Counted from the first letter of the stretch, positions 13,175 to 28,567 are shown. The stretch: 64,000 nt of DNA from Eledone cirrhosa (GCA_964016885.1 OZ024742.1:199392001-199456000); one strand, 5' to 3'. The notes: generated by a model not told the origin, from the sequence alone. Program-made: numbers and translations.

Positions 13175-14517
13175 AGGTGAATGAAGTGTTGTGGGAGTTT
13201 TCGCTATATCTCATTCAAACGCCAACTCTCTTAAACAGCTACTGACACACACACACCACACTGTCGTCCAGTCAGTCTTACTTGCTGCATTGCCAAACTG
13301 ACGGAATCCTGTGTTGTAGAAACACTCTGCAACTTCTGCAATTCTCACGGTCATATTCGTCTCTTGCAATTTGGATTTAGCTCCAGCTGCCGTGATCAAC
13401 TCATCGAGTTTCTTGAAGGCATCACCCGGATCACTGATGGCGGCTCATGAGTGGATGGTGTTTTCCTTGACTTTGCTAAAGCTTTTAGTCTGTTCCACAC
13501 AAAACACTTATGGTAAAACTCTCTGCAAAGGGGTGAAAAGATTATCTTTTTAACTGGTTGAAGTTCTTCATTCTCAGTTAAAAAGAGGTAGTCGCGGTGC
13601 TCGGACAGCATGCTTCGCCCTTTGAGATGTCATCTGATGTACAGCAGAGATCTGTTGTTGGTCCCCTTTGGTTTGTTGTATATATTAATGTCATAGATGT
13701 CAACTTAAGAATGCTACAATGATGAAATACGCAGATGACATCAAGCTGTATCTCGAGATAAAAAGGGCAGATTCTGAACACTATAGATCTTTCTTGTAAC
13801 CAGACCTGGACACAATGCAGCAATGGATCACGGACTGGCAACTCAAGCTGGCTTTGGACACGTGTACCACCATGCATTTTGGGAGGAAAACCCAAAGTTC
13901 GCATACTCCCTCCACAACACTAATATCAAGAAATGTTCTTGTGAACGTGACCTGGGCATTATGTCGGCAGCGGTTTGCGTTGGACAAAGCACACCTTTAA
14001 AATTGTCAAGAAGGCCGAGAGCGTCTTGGCGTCACTCAGTAAGACCTTTGTCAGTCGCTCTCCAGCTATTTATTTAAAGCTGTATATAGCTATGATGCGG
14101 CCACATTTAGAATTTGAAACTCCAGTCTGGAACCCCTATCCTGCTCAGAACATTGAGCTCCTGGAAACTGTTCTAAGACGTGCAATCAAGCGAATACCTT
14201 TCACCAGGCATCTACCATACTCTGAACGCTTGGTTCCCTGGGCATGTAAACTGTTTTGATAAACACCCACAAAATTATTAACCATCTTTCCAACATCAAC
14301 CTGGAGCACCTTTTTGAATTCCATGTGTCTAACACACGTGGTAGCCAAAAAAAAAAAAAAAAATTATTTTGGATTAATGAAAATTATTGCGTAAAGTATG
14401 TGCTCTAGGTGAGGATTGAAATCGCGACCTTCAGATTTCTCTGATTTCAGATTGCATTATGAGACTGACGTACTACCTACTGCAATACCAATGCAACTGA
14501 AATAAAATAAAATAGAA

Positions 14518-14589
14518 AGGGGACACCCGGGATTGAACCAGGGACCTCTCGATCTGCAGTCGAATGCTCTACCACTGAGCTATATCCCC
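14518..14589 (-). tRNA. tRNA-Cys(GCA) copy 11
   Basis: Same sequence as copy 1. Confidence 0.96.
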
Positions 14590-15913
14590 AGGCGAATGAA
14601 TTATTGTGGAAGTTTGCACTATATCTCATTCAAACGCCAACTCTCTTAAACAGCTACTGACACACACACACCACACTGTGGTCTAGTCAGTCTTACTTGC
14701 TGCATTGCCAATCTGACGGAATCCTGTGTTATAGAAACACTCTGCAACTTCTGCAATTCTCACAGCCATATACGTCTCTTGCAATTATGATTTAACTCCT
14801 GCTGTTGTGATCAACTCATCGAGTTTCTTGAAGGCATCACCCGGATCACTGATGGCGGCTCATGAGTGGATGTTTTTTTCCTTGACCTTGCCAAAGCTTT
14901 TAATTCTGTTCCACACAAAAATAATTATGGTTTATACTCTCTGCAAAGGGGTGAAGAGATGATCTTTTTAACTGGTTGAAGTTCTTCTTTCTCAGTTAAA
15001 AAGAGGCAGTCGCGGTGCTAGGACAGCATGCTTCACCCTATGAGATGTCATCTGGTGTACAGCAGAGATCTGTTGTTGGTCCACTTTGGTTTGTTGTATA
15101 TATTAATGACATCGATGTCAACTTCCTGAATGCTACAATGATGAAATACGCAAATGACATCAAGCTGTATCTTGAGATAAAAAGGGCAGAACCTGAACAC
15201 TATAGATCTTTCCTGTAATCAGACCTGGACACAATGCAGCAATGGATCACGGACTGACAACTCAAGCTGGCTGTGGACAAGTGTACCACCATGCATTTTG
15301 GGAGGAAAACCCAACGTTCGCATACTCCCTTCACAACACTAATATCGAGAAGTGTTCTTGTGAACGTGACCTGGGCATTACTGTCGGCAGCGGTTGGCGT
15401 TAGACAAAGCACTCCTCTAAAACTGTCAAGAAGGCCGAGAGTGTGTTGGCGTCACTCAGTAAGACCTTTGTCAGTCTCTCTCCAGCTATTTATTTAAAGC
15501 TGTATATAGCTATGATGCGGCCGCACTTAGAATTTGCAACACCAGTCTGGAACCCCTATCCTGCTCAGTACATTGACCTCCTGGAAACTGTTCTAAGACG
15601 TGCAATCAAGCGAATACCTTTCACCAGGCATCTACCATACTCTGAACGCTTGGTTCCCTGGGCATATCAACTGACTTGAAAAACACCCACAAATTTATTA
15701 ACCATCTTTCCAACATCAACCTGGAGCACCTTTTTGAGGTAGCCAAAAAAAAAAAAAGATTATTTTGGACTAATGAAAATTATTGCGTAAAGTATGTGCT
15801 CTAGGTGAGGATTGAAATCACGACCTTCAGATTTCTCTGATTTCAGATTGTATTTTGAGACTGACGTACTGCCTACTGCAATACCAATGCAACTGAAATA
15901 AAATAAAATAGAA

Positions 15914-15985
15914 AGAGGACACCCGGGATTGAACCAGGGACCTCTCGATCTGCAGTCGAATGCTCTACCACTGAGCTATATCCCC
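15914..15985 (-). tRNA. tRNA-Cys(GCA) copy 12, acceptor-stem variant (G2.U71)
   Basis: One substitution at 15916. Confidence 0.9.
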
Positions 15986-17329
15986 AGGTGAATGAAGTGT
16001 TGTGGGAGTTTTCGCTATATCTCATTCAAACGCCAACTCTCTTAAACAGCTACTGACACACACACACCACACTGTCGTCCAGTCAGTCTTACTTGCTGCA
16101 TTGCCAAACTGACGGAATCCTGTGTTGTAGAAACACTCTGCAACTTCTGCAATTCTCACGGTCATATCCGTCTCTTGCAATTTGGATTTAGCTCCAGCTG
16201 CCGTGATCAACTCATCGAGTTTCTTGAAGGCATCACCCGGATCACTGATGGCGGCTCATGAGTGGATGGTGTTTTCCTTGACTTTGCTAAAGCTTTTAGT
16301 CTGTTCCACACAAAACACTTATGGTAAAACTCTCTGCAAAGGGGTGAAAAGATTATCTTTTTAACTGGTTGAAGTTCTTCATTCTCAGTTAAAAAGAGGT
16401 AGTCGCGGTGCTCGGACAGCATGCTTCGCCCTTTGAGATGTCATCTGATGTACAGCAGAGATCTGTTGTTGGTCCCCTTTGGTTTGTTGTATATATTAAT
16501 GTCATAGATGTCAACTTAAGAATGCTACAATGATGAAATACGCAGATGACATCAAGCTGTATCTCGAGATAAAAAGGGCAGATTCTGAACACTATAGATC
16601 TTTCTTGTAACCAGACCTGGACACAATGCAGCAATGGATCACGGACTGGCAACTCAAGCTGGCTTTGGACACGTGTACCACCATGCATTTTGGGAGGAAA
16701 ACCCAAAGTTCGCATACTCCCTCCACAACACTAATATCAAGAAATGTTCTTGTGAACGTGACCTGGGCATTATGTCGGCAGCGGTTTGCGTTGGACAAAG
16801 CACACCTTTAAAATTGTCAAGAAGGCCGAGAGCGTCTTGGCGTCACTCAGTAAGACCTTTGTCAGTCGCTCTCCAGCTATTTATTTAAAGCTGTATATAG
16901 CTATGATGCGGCCACATTTAGAATTTGAAACTCCAGTCTGGAACCCCTATCCTGCTCAGAACATTGAGCTCCTGGAAACTGTTCTAAGACGTGCAATCAA
17001 GCGAATACCTTTCACCAGGCATCAACCATACTCTGAACGCTTGGTTCCCTGGGCATGTAAACTGTTTTGATAAACACCCACAAAATTATTAACCATCTTT
17101 CCAACATCAACCTGGAGCACCTTTTTGAATTCCATGTGTCTAACACACGTGGTAGCCAAAAAAAAAAAAAAAAAATTATTTTGGATTAATGAAAATTATT
17201 GCGTAAAGTATGTGCTCTAGGTGAGGATTGAAATCGCGACCTTCAGATTTCTCTGATTTCAGATTGCATTATGAGACTGACGTACTACCTACTGCAATAC
17301 CAATGCAACTGAAATAAAATAAAATAGAA

Positions 17330-17401
17330 AGGGGACACACGGGATTGAACCAGGGACCTCTCGATCTGCAGTCGAATGCTCTACCACTGAGCTATATCCC
17401 C
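17330..17401 (-). tRNA. tRNA-Cys(GCA) copy 13, T-stem mismatch variant
   Basis: One substitution at 17339. Confidence 0.88.
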
Positions 17402-18748
17402 AGGCGAATGAATTATTGTGGAAGTTTGCACTATATCTCATTCAAACGCCAACTCTCTTAAACAGCTACTGACACACACACACCACACTGTCGTCTAGTC
17501 AGTCTTACTTGCTGCATTGCCAATCTGACGGAATCCTGTGTTATAGAAACACTCTGCAACTTCTGCAATTCTCACAGCCATATACGTCTCTTGCAAATAT
17601 GATTTAACTCCTGCTGCTGTGATCAACTCATCGAGTTTCTTGAAGGCATCACCCGGATCACTGATGGCGGCTCATGAGTGGATGTTTTTTTCCTTGACCT
17701 TGCTAAAGCTTTTAATTCTGTTCCACACAAAAATAATTATGGTAAAACTCTCTGAAAAAATGGGTGAAGAGATGATCTTTTTAACTGGTTGAAGTTCTTC
17801 TTTCTCAGTTAAAAAGAGGCAGTCGCGGTGCTAGGACAGCATGCTTCACCCTATGAGATGTCATCTGGTGTACAGCAGAGATCTGTTGTTGGTCCACTTT
17901 GGTTTGTTGTATATATTAATGACATCGATGTCAACTTCCTGAATGCTACAATGATGAAATACGCAGATGACATCAAGCTGTATCTTGAGATAAAAAGGGC
18001 AGAACCTGAACACTATAGATCTTTCCTGTAATCAGACCTGGACACAATGCAGCAATGGATCACGGACTGACAACTCAAGCTGGCTGTGGACAAGTGTACC
18101 ACCATGCATTTTGGGAGGAAAACCCAACGTTCGCATACTCCCTCCACAACACTAATATCAAGAAGTGTTCTTGTGAATGTGACCTGGGCATTACTGTCGG
18201 CAGCGGTTGGCGTTAGACAAAGCACTCCTCTAAAACTGTCAAGAAGGCCGAGAGTGTGTTGGCGTCACTCAGTAAGACCTTTGTCAGTCGCTCTCCAGCT
18301 ATTTATTTAAAGCTGTATATAGCTATGATGCGGCCACACTTAGAATTTGCAACACCAGTCTGGAACCCCTATCCTGCTCAGAACATTGACCTCCTGGAAA
18401 CTGTTCTAAGACGTGCAATCAAGCGAACACCCTCCATCAGGCATCTACCATACTCTGAACGCTTGGTTCCCTGGGCATATCAACTGACTTGATAAACACC
18501 CACAAATTTATTAACCATCTTTCCAACATCAACCTGGAGCACCTTTTTGAATTCCATGTGTCTAACACACGTGGTAGCCAAAAAAAAAAAAAGATTATTT
18601 TGGACTAATGAAAATTATTGCGTAAAGTATGTGCTCTAGGTGAGGATTGAAATCACGACCTTCAGATTTCTCTGATTTCAGATTGTATTATGAGACTGAC
18701 GTACTGCCTACTGCAATACCAATGCAACTGAAATAAAATAAAATAGAA

Positions 18749-18820
18749 AGGGGACACCCGGGATTGAACCAGGAACCTCTCGATCTGCAGTCGAATGCTC
18801 TACCACTGAGCTATATCCCC
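18749..18820 (-). tRNA. tRNA-Cys(GCA) copy 14, C48>T variant
   Basis: One substitution at 18774. Confidence 0.92.
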
Positions 18821-20162
18821 AGGTGAATGAAGTGTTGTGGGAGTTTTCGCTATATCTCATTCAAACGCCAACTCTCTTAAACAGCTACTGACACACACAC
18901 ACCACACTGTCGTCCAGTCAGTCTGACTTGCTGCATTGCCAAACTGACGGAATCCTGTGTTATAGAAACACTCTGCAACTTCTGCAATTCTCACAGCCAT
19001 ATACGTCTCTTGCAATTTGGATTTAAGTCCAGCTGCTGTGATCAACTCATCGAGTTTCTTGAAGGCATCACCCGGATCACTGATGGCGGCTCATGAGTGG
19101 ATGGTGTTTTCCTTGACTTTACTAAAGCTTTTAATTCTGTTCCACACAAAACACTTATGGTAAAACTCTCTGCAAAGGGGTGAAGAGATGATCTTTTTAA
19201 CTGGTTGAAGTTCTTCATTCTCAGTTAAAACAAGGTAGTCGCGGTGCTAGGACAGCATGCTTCGCCCTATGAGATGTCATCTGGTGTACAGCAGAGATCT
19301 GTTGTTGGTTCCCTTTGGTTTGTTGTATATATTAATGACATCGATGTCAACTTCAAGAATGCTACAATGATGTAATACGCAGATGACATCAAGTTGTATC
19401 TTGAGATAAAAAGGGTAGAACCTGAACACAATAGATGTTTCCTGTAATCAGACCTGGACAGAATGCAGCAATGGATCACGGACTGGCAACTCAAGCTGGC
19501 TGTGGACAAGTGTACCACCATGCATTTTGGGAGGAAAACCCAAAGTTCGCATACTCCCTCCACAACACTAATATCAAGAAATGTTCCTTGTGAACGTGAC
19601 CTGGGCATTATGTCGGCAGCGGTTTGCGTTGGACAAAGCACACCTCTAAAATTGTCAAGAAGGCCGAGAGCGTCTTGGCGTCACTCAGTAAGACCTTTGT
19701 CAGTCGCTCTCCAGCTATTTATTTAAAGCTGTATATAGCTATGATGCGGCCACACTTAGAATTTGCAACTCCAGTCTGGAACCCCTATCCTGCTCAGAAC
19801 ATTGAGCTCCTGGAAACTGTTCTAAGACGTGCAATCAAGCGAATACCTTTCACCAGGCATCTACCATACTCTGAACGCTTGGTTCCCTGGGCTTGTAAAC
19901 TGTCTTGATAAACACCCACAAAATTATTAACCATCTTTCCAACATCAACCTGGAGCACCTTTTTGAATTCCATGTATCTAACACACGTGGTAGCCAAAAA
20001 AAAAAAAATTATTTTGGATTAATGAAAATTATTGCGTAAAGTATGTGCTCTAGGTGAGGATTGAAATCGCGACCTTCAGATTTCTCTGATTTCAGATTGT
20101 ATTATGAGACTGACGTACTGCCTACTGCAATACCAATGCAACTGAAATAAAATAAAATAGAA

Positions 20163-20234
20163 AGGGGACACCCGGGATTGAACCAGGGACCTCTCGATCT
20201 GCAGTCGAATGCTCTACCAGTGAGCTATATCCCC
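20163..20234 (-). tRNA. tRNA-Cys(GCA) copy 15, D-loop G15>C variant
   Basis: One substitution at 20220. Confidence 0.88.
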
Positions 20235-21558
20235 AGGCGAATGAATTATTGTGGAAGTTTTCACTATATCTCATTCAAACGCCAACTCTCTTAAACAGCT
20301 ACTGACACACACACACCACACTGTGGTCTAGTCAGTCTTACTTGCTGCATTGCCAATCTGACGGAATCCTGTGTTATAGAAACACTCTGCAACTTCTGCA
20401 ATTCTCACAGCCATATACGTCTCTTGCAATTATGATTTAACTCCTGCTGCTGTGATCAACTCATCGAGTTTCTTGAAGGCATCACCCGGATCACGGATGG
20501 CGGCTCATGAGTGGATGGTGTTTTCCTTGACTTTACTAAAGCTTTTAATTCTGTTCCACACAAAAATAATTATGGTAAAACTCTCTGAAAAAATGGGTGA
20601 AGAGATGATCTTTTTAACTGGTTGAAGTTCTTCTTTCTCAGTTCAAAAGAGGCAGTCGCGGTGCTAGGACAGCATGCTTCACCCTATGAGATGTCATCTG
20701 GTGTACAGCAGAGATATGTTGTTGGTCCACTTTGGTTTGTTGTATATATTAATGACATCGATGTCAACTTCCTGAATACTACAATGATGAAATACGCAGA
20801 TGACATCAAGCTGTATCTTGAGATAAAAAGGGCAGAACCTGAACACTATAGATCTTTCCTGTAATCAGACCTGGACACAATGCAGCAATGGATCACGGAC
20901 TGACAACTCAAGCTGGCTGTGGACAAGTGTACCACCATGCATTTTGGGAGGAAAACCCAACGTTCGCATACTCCCTTCACAACACTAATATCGAGAAGTG
21001 TTCTTGTGAATGTGACCTGGGCATTACTGTCGGCAGCGGTTGGCGTTAGACAAAGCACTCCTCTAAAACTGTCAAGAAGGCCGAGAGTGTGTTGGCTTCA
21101 CTCAGTAAGACCTTTGTCAGTCGCTCTCCAGCTATTTATTTAAAGCTGTATATAGCTATGATGCGGCCACACTTAGAATTTGCAACACCAGTCTGGAACC
21201 CCTATCCTGCTCAGAACATTGACCTCCTGGAAACTGTTCTAAGACGTGCAATCATGCGAATACCCTCCATCAGGCATCTACCATACTCTGAACGCTTGGT
21301 TCCCTGGGCATGTCAACTGACTTGATAAACACCCACAAAATTATTAACCATCTTTCCAACATCAACCTGGAGCACCTTTTTGAGGTAGCCAAAAAAAAAA
21401 AAGATTATTTTGGAATAATGAAAATTATTGCGTAAAGTATGTGCTCTAGGTGAGGATTGAAATCGCGACCTTCAGATTTCTCTGATTTCAGATTGTATTA
21501 TGAGACTGACGTACTGCCTACTGTAATACCAATGCAACTGAAATAAAATAAAATAGAA

Positions 21559-21630
21559 AGGGGACACCCGGGATTGAACCAGGGACCTCTCGATCTGCAG
21601 TCGAATGCTCTACCACTGAGCTATATCCCC
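21559..21630 (-). tRNA. tRNA-Cys(GCA) copy 16
   Basis: Same sequence as copy 1. Confidence 0.96.
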
Positions 21631-22971
21631 AGGTGAATGAATTATTGTGGGAGTTTTCGCTATATCTCATTCAAACGCCAACTCTCTTAAACAGCTACTG
21701 ACACACACACACCACACTGTCGTCCAGTCAGTCTGACTTGCTGCATTGCCAAACTGACGGAATCCTGTGTTATAGAAACACTCTGCAACTTCTGCAATTC
21801 TCACAGCCATATACGTCTCTTGCAATTATGATTTAACTCCTGCTGCTGTGATAAACTGATCGAGTTTCTTGAAGGCATCACCCGGATCACGGATGGCGGC
21901 TCATGAGTGGATGTTTTTTTCCTTGACCTTGCTAAAGCTTTTAATTCTGTTCCACACAAAACACTTATGGTAAAACTCTCTGCAAAGGGGTGAAGAGATG
22001 GTCTTTTTAACTGGTTGAAGTTCTTCATTCTCAGTTTAAACAAGGTAGTAGCGGTGCTAGGACAGCATGCTTCGCCCAATGAGATGTCATCTGGTGTACA
22101 GCAGAGATCTGTTGTTGGTTCCCTTTGGTTTGTTGTATATATTAATGACATCGATGTCAACTTCAAGAATGCTACAATGATGTAATACGCAGATGACATC
22201 AAGCTGTATCTTGAGATAAAAAGGGTAGAACCTGAACACAATAGATGTTTCCTGTAATCAGACCTGGACAGAATGCAGCAATGGATCACGGACTGGCAAC
22301 TCAAGCTGGCTGTGGACAAGTGTACCACCATGCATTTTGGGAGGAAAACCCAAAGTTCGCATACTCCCTCCACAACACTAATATCAAGAAATGTTCTTGT
22401 GAACGTGACCTGGGCATTATGTCGGCAGCGGTTTGCGTTGGACAAAGCACACCTTTAAAATTGTCAAGAAGGCCGAGAGCGTCTTGGCGTCACTCAGTAA
22501 GACCTTTGTCAGTCGCTCTCCAGCTATTTATTTAAAGCTGTATATAGCTATGATGCGGCCACACTTAGAATTTGCAACTCCAGTCTGGAACCCCTATCCT
22601 GCTCAGAACATTGAGCTCCTGGAAACTGTTCTAAGACGTGCAATCAAGAGAATACCTTTCACCAGGCATCTACCATACTCTGAACGCTTGGTTCTCTGGG
22701 CTTGTAAACTGTCTTGATAAACACCCACAAAATTATTAACCATCTTTCCAACATCAACCTGGAGCACCTTTTTGAATTCCATGTGTCTAACACACGTGGT
22801 AGCAAAAAAAAAAAAAATTATTTTGGATTAATGAAAATTATTGCGTAAAGTATGTGCTCCAGGTGAGGATTAAAATCACGACCTTCAGATTTCTCTGATT
22901 TCAGATTGTATTATGAGACTGACGTACTACCTACTGCAATACCAATGCAACTGAAATAAAATAAAATAGAA

Positions 22972-23043
22972 AGGGGACACCCGGGATTGAACCAGGGACC
23001 TCTCGATCTGCAGTCGAATGCTCTACCACTGAGCTATATCCCC
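22972..23043 (-). tRNA. tRNA-Cys(GCA) copy 17
   Basis: Same sequence as copy 1. Confidence 0.96.
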
Positions 23044-24368
23044 AGGCGAATGAATTATTGTGGAAGTTTTCACTATATCTCATTCAAACGCCAACTCTCT
23101 TAAACAGCTACTGACACACACACACAACACTGTGGTCTAGTCAGTCTCACTTGCTGCATTGCCAATCTGACGGAATCCTGTGTTATAGAAACACTCTGCA
23201 ACTTCTGCAATTCTCACAGCCATATACGTCTCTTGCAATTATGATTTAACTCCTGCTGCTGTGATCAACTCATCGAGTTTCTTGAAGGCATCACCCGGAT
23301 CACGGATGGCGGATCATGAGTGGATGTTTTTTTCCTTGACCTTGCTAAAGCTTTTAATTCTGTTCCACACAAAAATAATTATGGTAAAACTCTCTGAAAA
23401 AATGGGTGAAGAGATGATCTTTTTAACTGGTTGAAGTTCTTCTTTCTCAGTTAAAAAGAGGCAGTCGCGGTGCTAGGACAGCATGCTTCACCCTATGAGA
23501 TGTCATCTGGTGTACAGCAGAGATCTGTTGTTGGTCCACTTTGGTTTGTTGTATATATTAATGACATCGATGTCAACTTCCTGAATGCTACAATGATGAA
23601 ATACGCAGATGACATCAAGCTGTATCTTGAGATAAAAAGGGCAGAACCTGAACACTATAGATCTTTCCTGTAATCAGACCTGGACACAATGCAGCAATGG
23701 ATCACGGACTGGCAACTCAAGCTGGCTGTGGACAAGTGTACCACCATGCATTTTGGGAGGAAAACCCAACGTTCGCATACTCCCTTCACAACACTAATAT
23801 CGAGAAGTGTTCTTGTGAACGTTACCTGGGCATTACTGTCGGCAGCGGTTTGCGTTAGACAAAGCACTCCTCTAAAACTGTCAAGAAGGCCGAGAGTGTG
23901 TTGGCGTCACTCAGTAAGACCTTTGTCAGTCGCTCTCCAGCTATTTATTTAAAGCTGTATATAGCTATGATGCGGCCACACTTAGAATTTGCAACACCAG
24001 TCTGGAACCCCTATCCTGCTCAGTACATTGACCTCCTGGAAACTGTTCTAAGACGTGCAATCAAGCGAACACCCTCCATCAGGCATCTACCATACTCTGA
24101 ACGCTTGGTTCCCTGGGCATATCAACTGACTTGATAAACACCCACAAATTTATTAACCATCTTTCCAACTTCAACCTGGAGCACCTTTTTGAGGTAGCCA
24201 AAAAAAAAAAAAGATTATTTTGGACTAATGAAAATTATTGCGTAAAGTATGTGCTCTAGGTGAGGATTGAAATCACGACCTTCAGATTTCTCTGATTTCA
24301 GATTGTATTATGAGACTGACGTACTGCCTACTGCAATACCAATGCAACTGAAATAAAATAAAATAGAA

Positions 24369-24440
24369 AGGGGACACCCGGGATTGAACCAGGGACCTCT
24401 CGATCTGCAGTCGAATGCTCTACCACTGAGCTATATCCCC
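24369..24440 (-). tRNA. tRNA-Cys(GCA) copy 18
   Basis: Same sequence as copy 1. Confidence 0.96.
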
Positions 24441-25762
24441 AGGTGAATGAAGTGTTGTGGGAGTTTTCGCTATATCTCATTCAAACGCCAACTCTCTTAA
24501 ACAGCTACTGACACACACACACCACACTGTGGTCTAGTCAGTCTGATTTGCTGCATTGCCAAACTGACGGAATCCTGTGTTATAGAAACACTCTGCAACT
24601 TCTGCAATTCTCACAGCCATATACGTCTCTTGCAATTTGGATTTAAGTCCAGCTGCTGTGATCAACTCATCGAGTTTCTTGAAGGCATCACCCGGATCAC
24701 TGATGGCGGCTCATGAGTGGATGGTGTTTTCCTTGACTTTACTAAAGCTTTTAATTCTGTTCCACACAAAACACTTATGGTAAAACTCTCTGCAAAGGGG
24801 TGAAGAGATGATCTTTTTAACTGGTTGAAGTTCTTCATTCTCAGATAAAACAAGGTAGTCGCGGTGCTCGGACAGCATGCTTCGCCCAATGAGATGTCAT
24901 CTGGTGTACAGCAGAGATCTGTTGTTGGTTCCCATTGGTTTGTTGTATATATTAATGACATCGATGTCAACTTCAAGAATGCTACAATGATGTAATACGC
25001 AGATGACATCAAGCTGTATCTTGAGATAAAAAGGGTAGAACCTGAACACAATAGATGTTTCCTGTAATCAGACCTGGACAGAATGCAGCAATGGATCACG
25101 GACTGGCAACTCAAGCTGGCTGTGGACAAGTGTACCACCATGCATTTTGGGAGGAAAACCCAAAGATCGCATACTCCCTCCACAACACTAATATCAAGAA
25201 ATGTTCTTGTGAACGTGACCTGGGCATTACTGTCGGCAGCGGTTGGCGTTAGACAAAGCACTCCTCTAAAACTGTCAAGAAGGCCGAGAGTGTGTTGGCG
25301 TCACTCAGTAAGACCTTTGTCAGTCTCTCTCCAGCTATTTATTTAAAGCTGTATATAGCTATGATGCGGCCGCACTTAGAATTTGCAACACCAGTCTGGA
25401 ACCCCTATCCTGCTCAGTACATTGACCTCCTGGAAACTGTTCTAAGACGTGCAATCAAGCGAATACCTTTCACCAGGCATCTACCATACTCTGAACGCTT
25501 GGTTCCCTGGGCATATCAACTGACTTGAAAAACACCCACAAATTTATTAACCATCTTTCCAACATCAACCTGGAGCACCTTTTTGAGGTAGCCAAAAAAA
25601 AAAAAAGATTATTTTGGACTAATGAAAATTATTGCGTAAAGTATGTGCTCTAGGTGAGGATTGAAATCACGACCTTCAGATTTCTCTGATTTCAGATTGT
25701 ATTATGAGACTGACGTACTGCCTACTGCAATACCAATGCAACTGAAATAAAATAAAATAGAA

Positions 25763-25834
25763 AGGGGACACCCGGGATTGAACCAGGGACCTCTCGATCT
25801 GCAGTCGAATGCTCTACCACTGAGCTATATCCCC
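25763..25834 (-). tRNA. tRNA-Cys(GCA) copy 19
   Basis: Same sequence as copy 1. Confidence 0.96.
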
Positions 25835-27172
25835 AGGTGAATGAAGTGTTGTGGGAGTTTTCGCTATATCTCATTCAAACGCCAACTCTCTTAAACAGCT
25901 ACTGACACACACACACCACACTGTCGTCCAGTCAGTCTTACTTGCTGCATTGCCAAACTGACGGAATCCTGTGTTGTAGAAACACTCTGCAGCTTCTGCA
26001 ATTCTCACGGTCATATCCGTCTCTTGCAATTTGGATTTAGCTCCAGCTGCCGTGATCAACTCATCGAGTTTCTTGAAGGCATCACCCGGATCACTGATGG
26101 CGGCTCATGAGTGGATGGTGTTTTCCTTGACTTTGCTAAAGCTTTTAGTCTGTTCCACACAAAACACTTATGGTAAAACTCTCTGCAAAGGGGTGAAAAG
26201 ATTATCTTTTTAACTGGTTGAAGTTCTTCATTCTCAGTTAAAAAGAGGTATTCGCGGTGCTCGGACAGCATGCTTCGCCCTTTGAGATGTCATCTGATGT
26301 ACAGCAGAGATCTGTTGTTGGTCCCCTTTGGTTTGTTGTATATATTAATGTCATAGATGTCAACTTAAGAATGCTACAATGATGAAATACGCAGATGACA
26401 TCAAGCTGTATCTCGAGATAAAAAGGGCAGATTCTGAACACTATAGATCTTTCTTGTAACCAGACCTGGACACAATGCAGCAATGGATCACGGACTGGCA
26501 ACTCAAGCTGGCTTTGGACACGTGTACCACCATGCATTTTGGGAGGAAAACCCAAAGTTCGCATACTCCCTCCACAACACTAATATCAAGAAATGTTCTT
26601 GTGAACGTGACCTGGGCATTATGTCGGCAGCGGTTTGCGTTGGTCAAAGCACACCTTTAAAATTGTCAAGAAGGCCGAGAGCGTCTTGGCGTCACTCAGT
26701 AAGACCTTTGTCAGTCGCTCTCCAGCTATTTATTTAAAGCTGTATATAGCTATGATGCGGCCACATTTAGAATTTGAAACTCCAGTCTGGAACCCCTATC
26801 CTGCTCAGAACATTGAGCTCCTGGAAACTGTTCTAAGACGTGCAATCAAGCGAATACCTTTCACCAGGCATCTACCATACTCTGAACGCTTGGTTCCCTG
26901 GGCATGTAAACTGTTTTGATAAACACCCACAAAATTATTAACCATCTTTCCAACATCAACCTGGAGCACCTTTTTGAATTCCATGTGTCTAACACACGTG
27001 GTAGCCAAAAAAAAAAAATTATTTTGGATTAATGAAAATTATTGCGTAAAGTATGTGCTCTATGTGAGGATTGAAATCGCGACCTTCAGATTTCTCTGAT
27101 TTCAGATTGCATTATGAGACTGACGTACTACCTACTGCAATACCAATGCAACTGAAATAAAATAAAATAGAA

Positions 27173-27244
27173 AGGGGACACCCGGGATTGAACCAGGGAC
27201 CTCTCGATCTGCAGTCGAATGCTCTACCACTGAGCTATATCCCC
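27173..27244 (-). tRNA. tRNA-Cys(GCA) copy 20
   Basis: Same sequence as copy 1. Confidence 0.96.
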
Positions 27245-28567
27245 AGGCGATTGAATTATTGTGGAAGTTTGCACTATATCTCATTCAAACGCCAACTCTC
27301 TTAAACAGCTACTGACACACACACACCACACTGTGGTCTAGTCAGTCTTACTTGCTGCATTGCCAATCTGACGGAATCCTGTGTTATAGAAACACTCTGC
27401 AACTTCTGCAATTCTCACAGCCATATACGTCTCTTGCAATTATGATTTAACTCCTGCTGTTGTGATCAACTCATCGAGTTTCTTGAAGGCATCACCCGGA
27501 TCACTGATCGCGGCTCATGAGTGGATGTTTTTTTCCTTGACCTTGCCAAAGCTTTTAATTCTGTTCCACACAAAAATAATTATGGTAATACTCTCTGCAA
27601 AGGGGTGAAGAGATGATCTTTTTAACTGGTTGAAGTTCTTCTTTCTCAGTTAAAAAGAGGCAGTCGCGGTGCTAGGACAGCATGCTTCACCCTATGAGAT
27701 GTCATCTGGTGTACAGCAGAGATCTGTTGTTGGTCCACTTTGGTTTGTTGTATATATTAATGACATCGATGTCAACTTCCTGAATGCTACAATGATGAAA
27801 TACGCAAATGACATCAAGCTGTATCTTGAGATAAAAAGGGCAGAACCTGAACACTATAGATCTTTCCTGTAATCAGACCTGGACACAATGCAGCAATGGA
27901 TCACGGACTGACAACTCAAGCTGGCTGTGGACAAGTGTACCACCATGCATTTTGGGAGGAAAACCCAACGTTCGCATACTCCCTTCACAACACTAATATC
28001 GAGAAGTGTTCTTGTGAACGTGACCTGGGCATTACTGTCGGCAGCGGTTGGCGTTAGACAAAGCACTCCTCTAAAACTGTCAAGAAGGCCGAGAGTGTGT
28101 TGGCGTCACTCAGTAAGACCTTTGTCAGTCTCTCTCCAGCTATTTATTTAAAGCTGTATATAGCTATGATGCGGCCGCACTTAGAATTTGCAACACCAGT
28201 ATGGAACCCCTATCCTGCTCAGTACATTGACCTCCTGGAAACTGTTCTAAGACGTGCAATCAAGCGAACACCCTCCATCAGGCATCTACCATACTCTGAA
28301 CGCTTGGTTCCCTGGGCATATCAACTGACTTGATAAACACCCACAAATTTATTAACCATCTTTCCAACATCAACCTGGAGCACCTTTTTGAGGTAGCCAA
28401 AAAAAAAAAAAGATTATTTTGGACTAATGAAAATTATTGCGTAAAGTATGTGCTCTAGGTGAGGATTGAAATCACGACCTTCAGATTTCTCTGATTTCAG
28501 ATTGTATTATGAGACTGACGTACTGCCTACTGCAATACCAATGCAACTGAAATAAAATAAAATAGAA

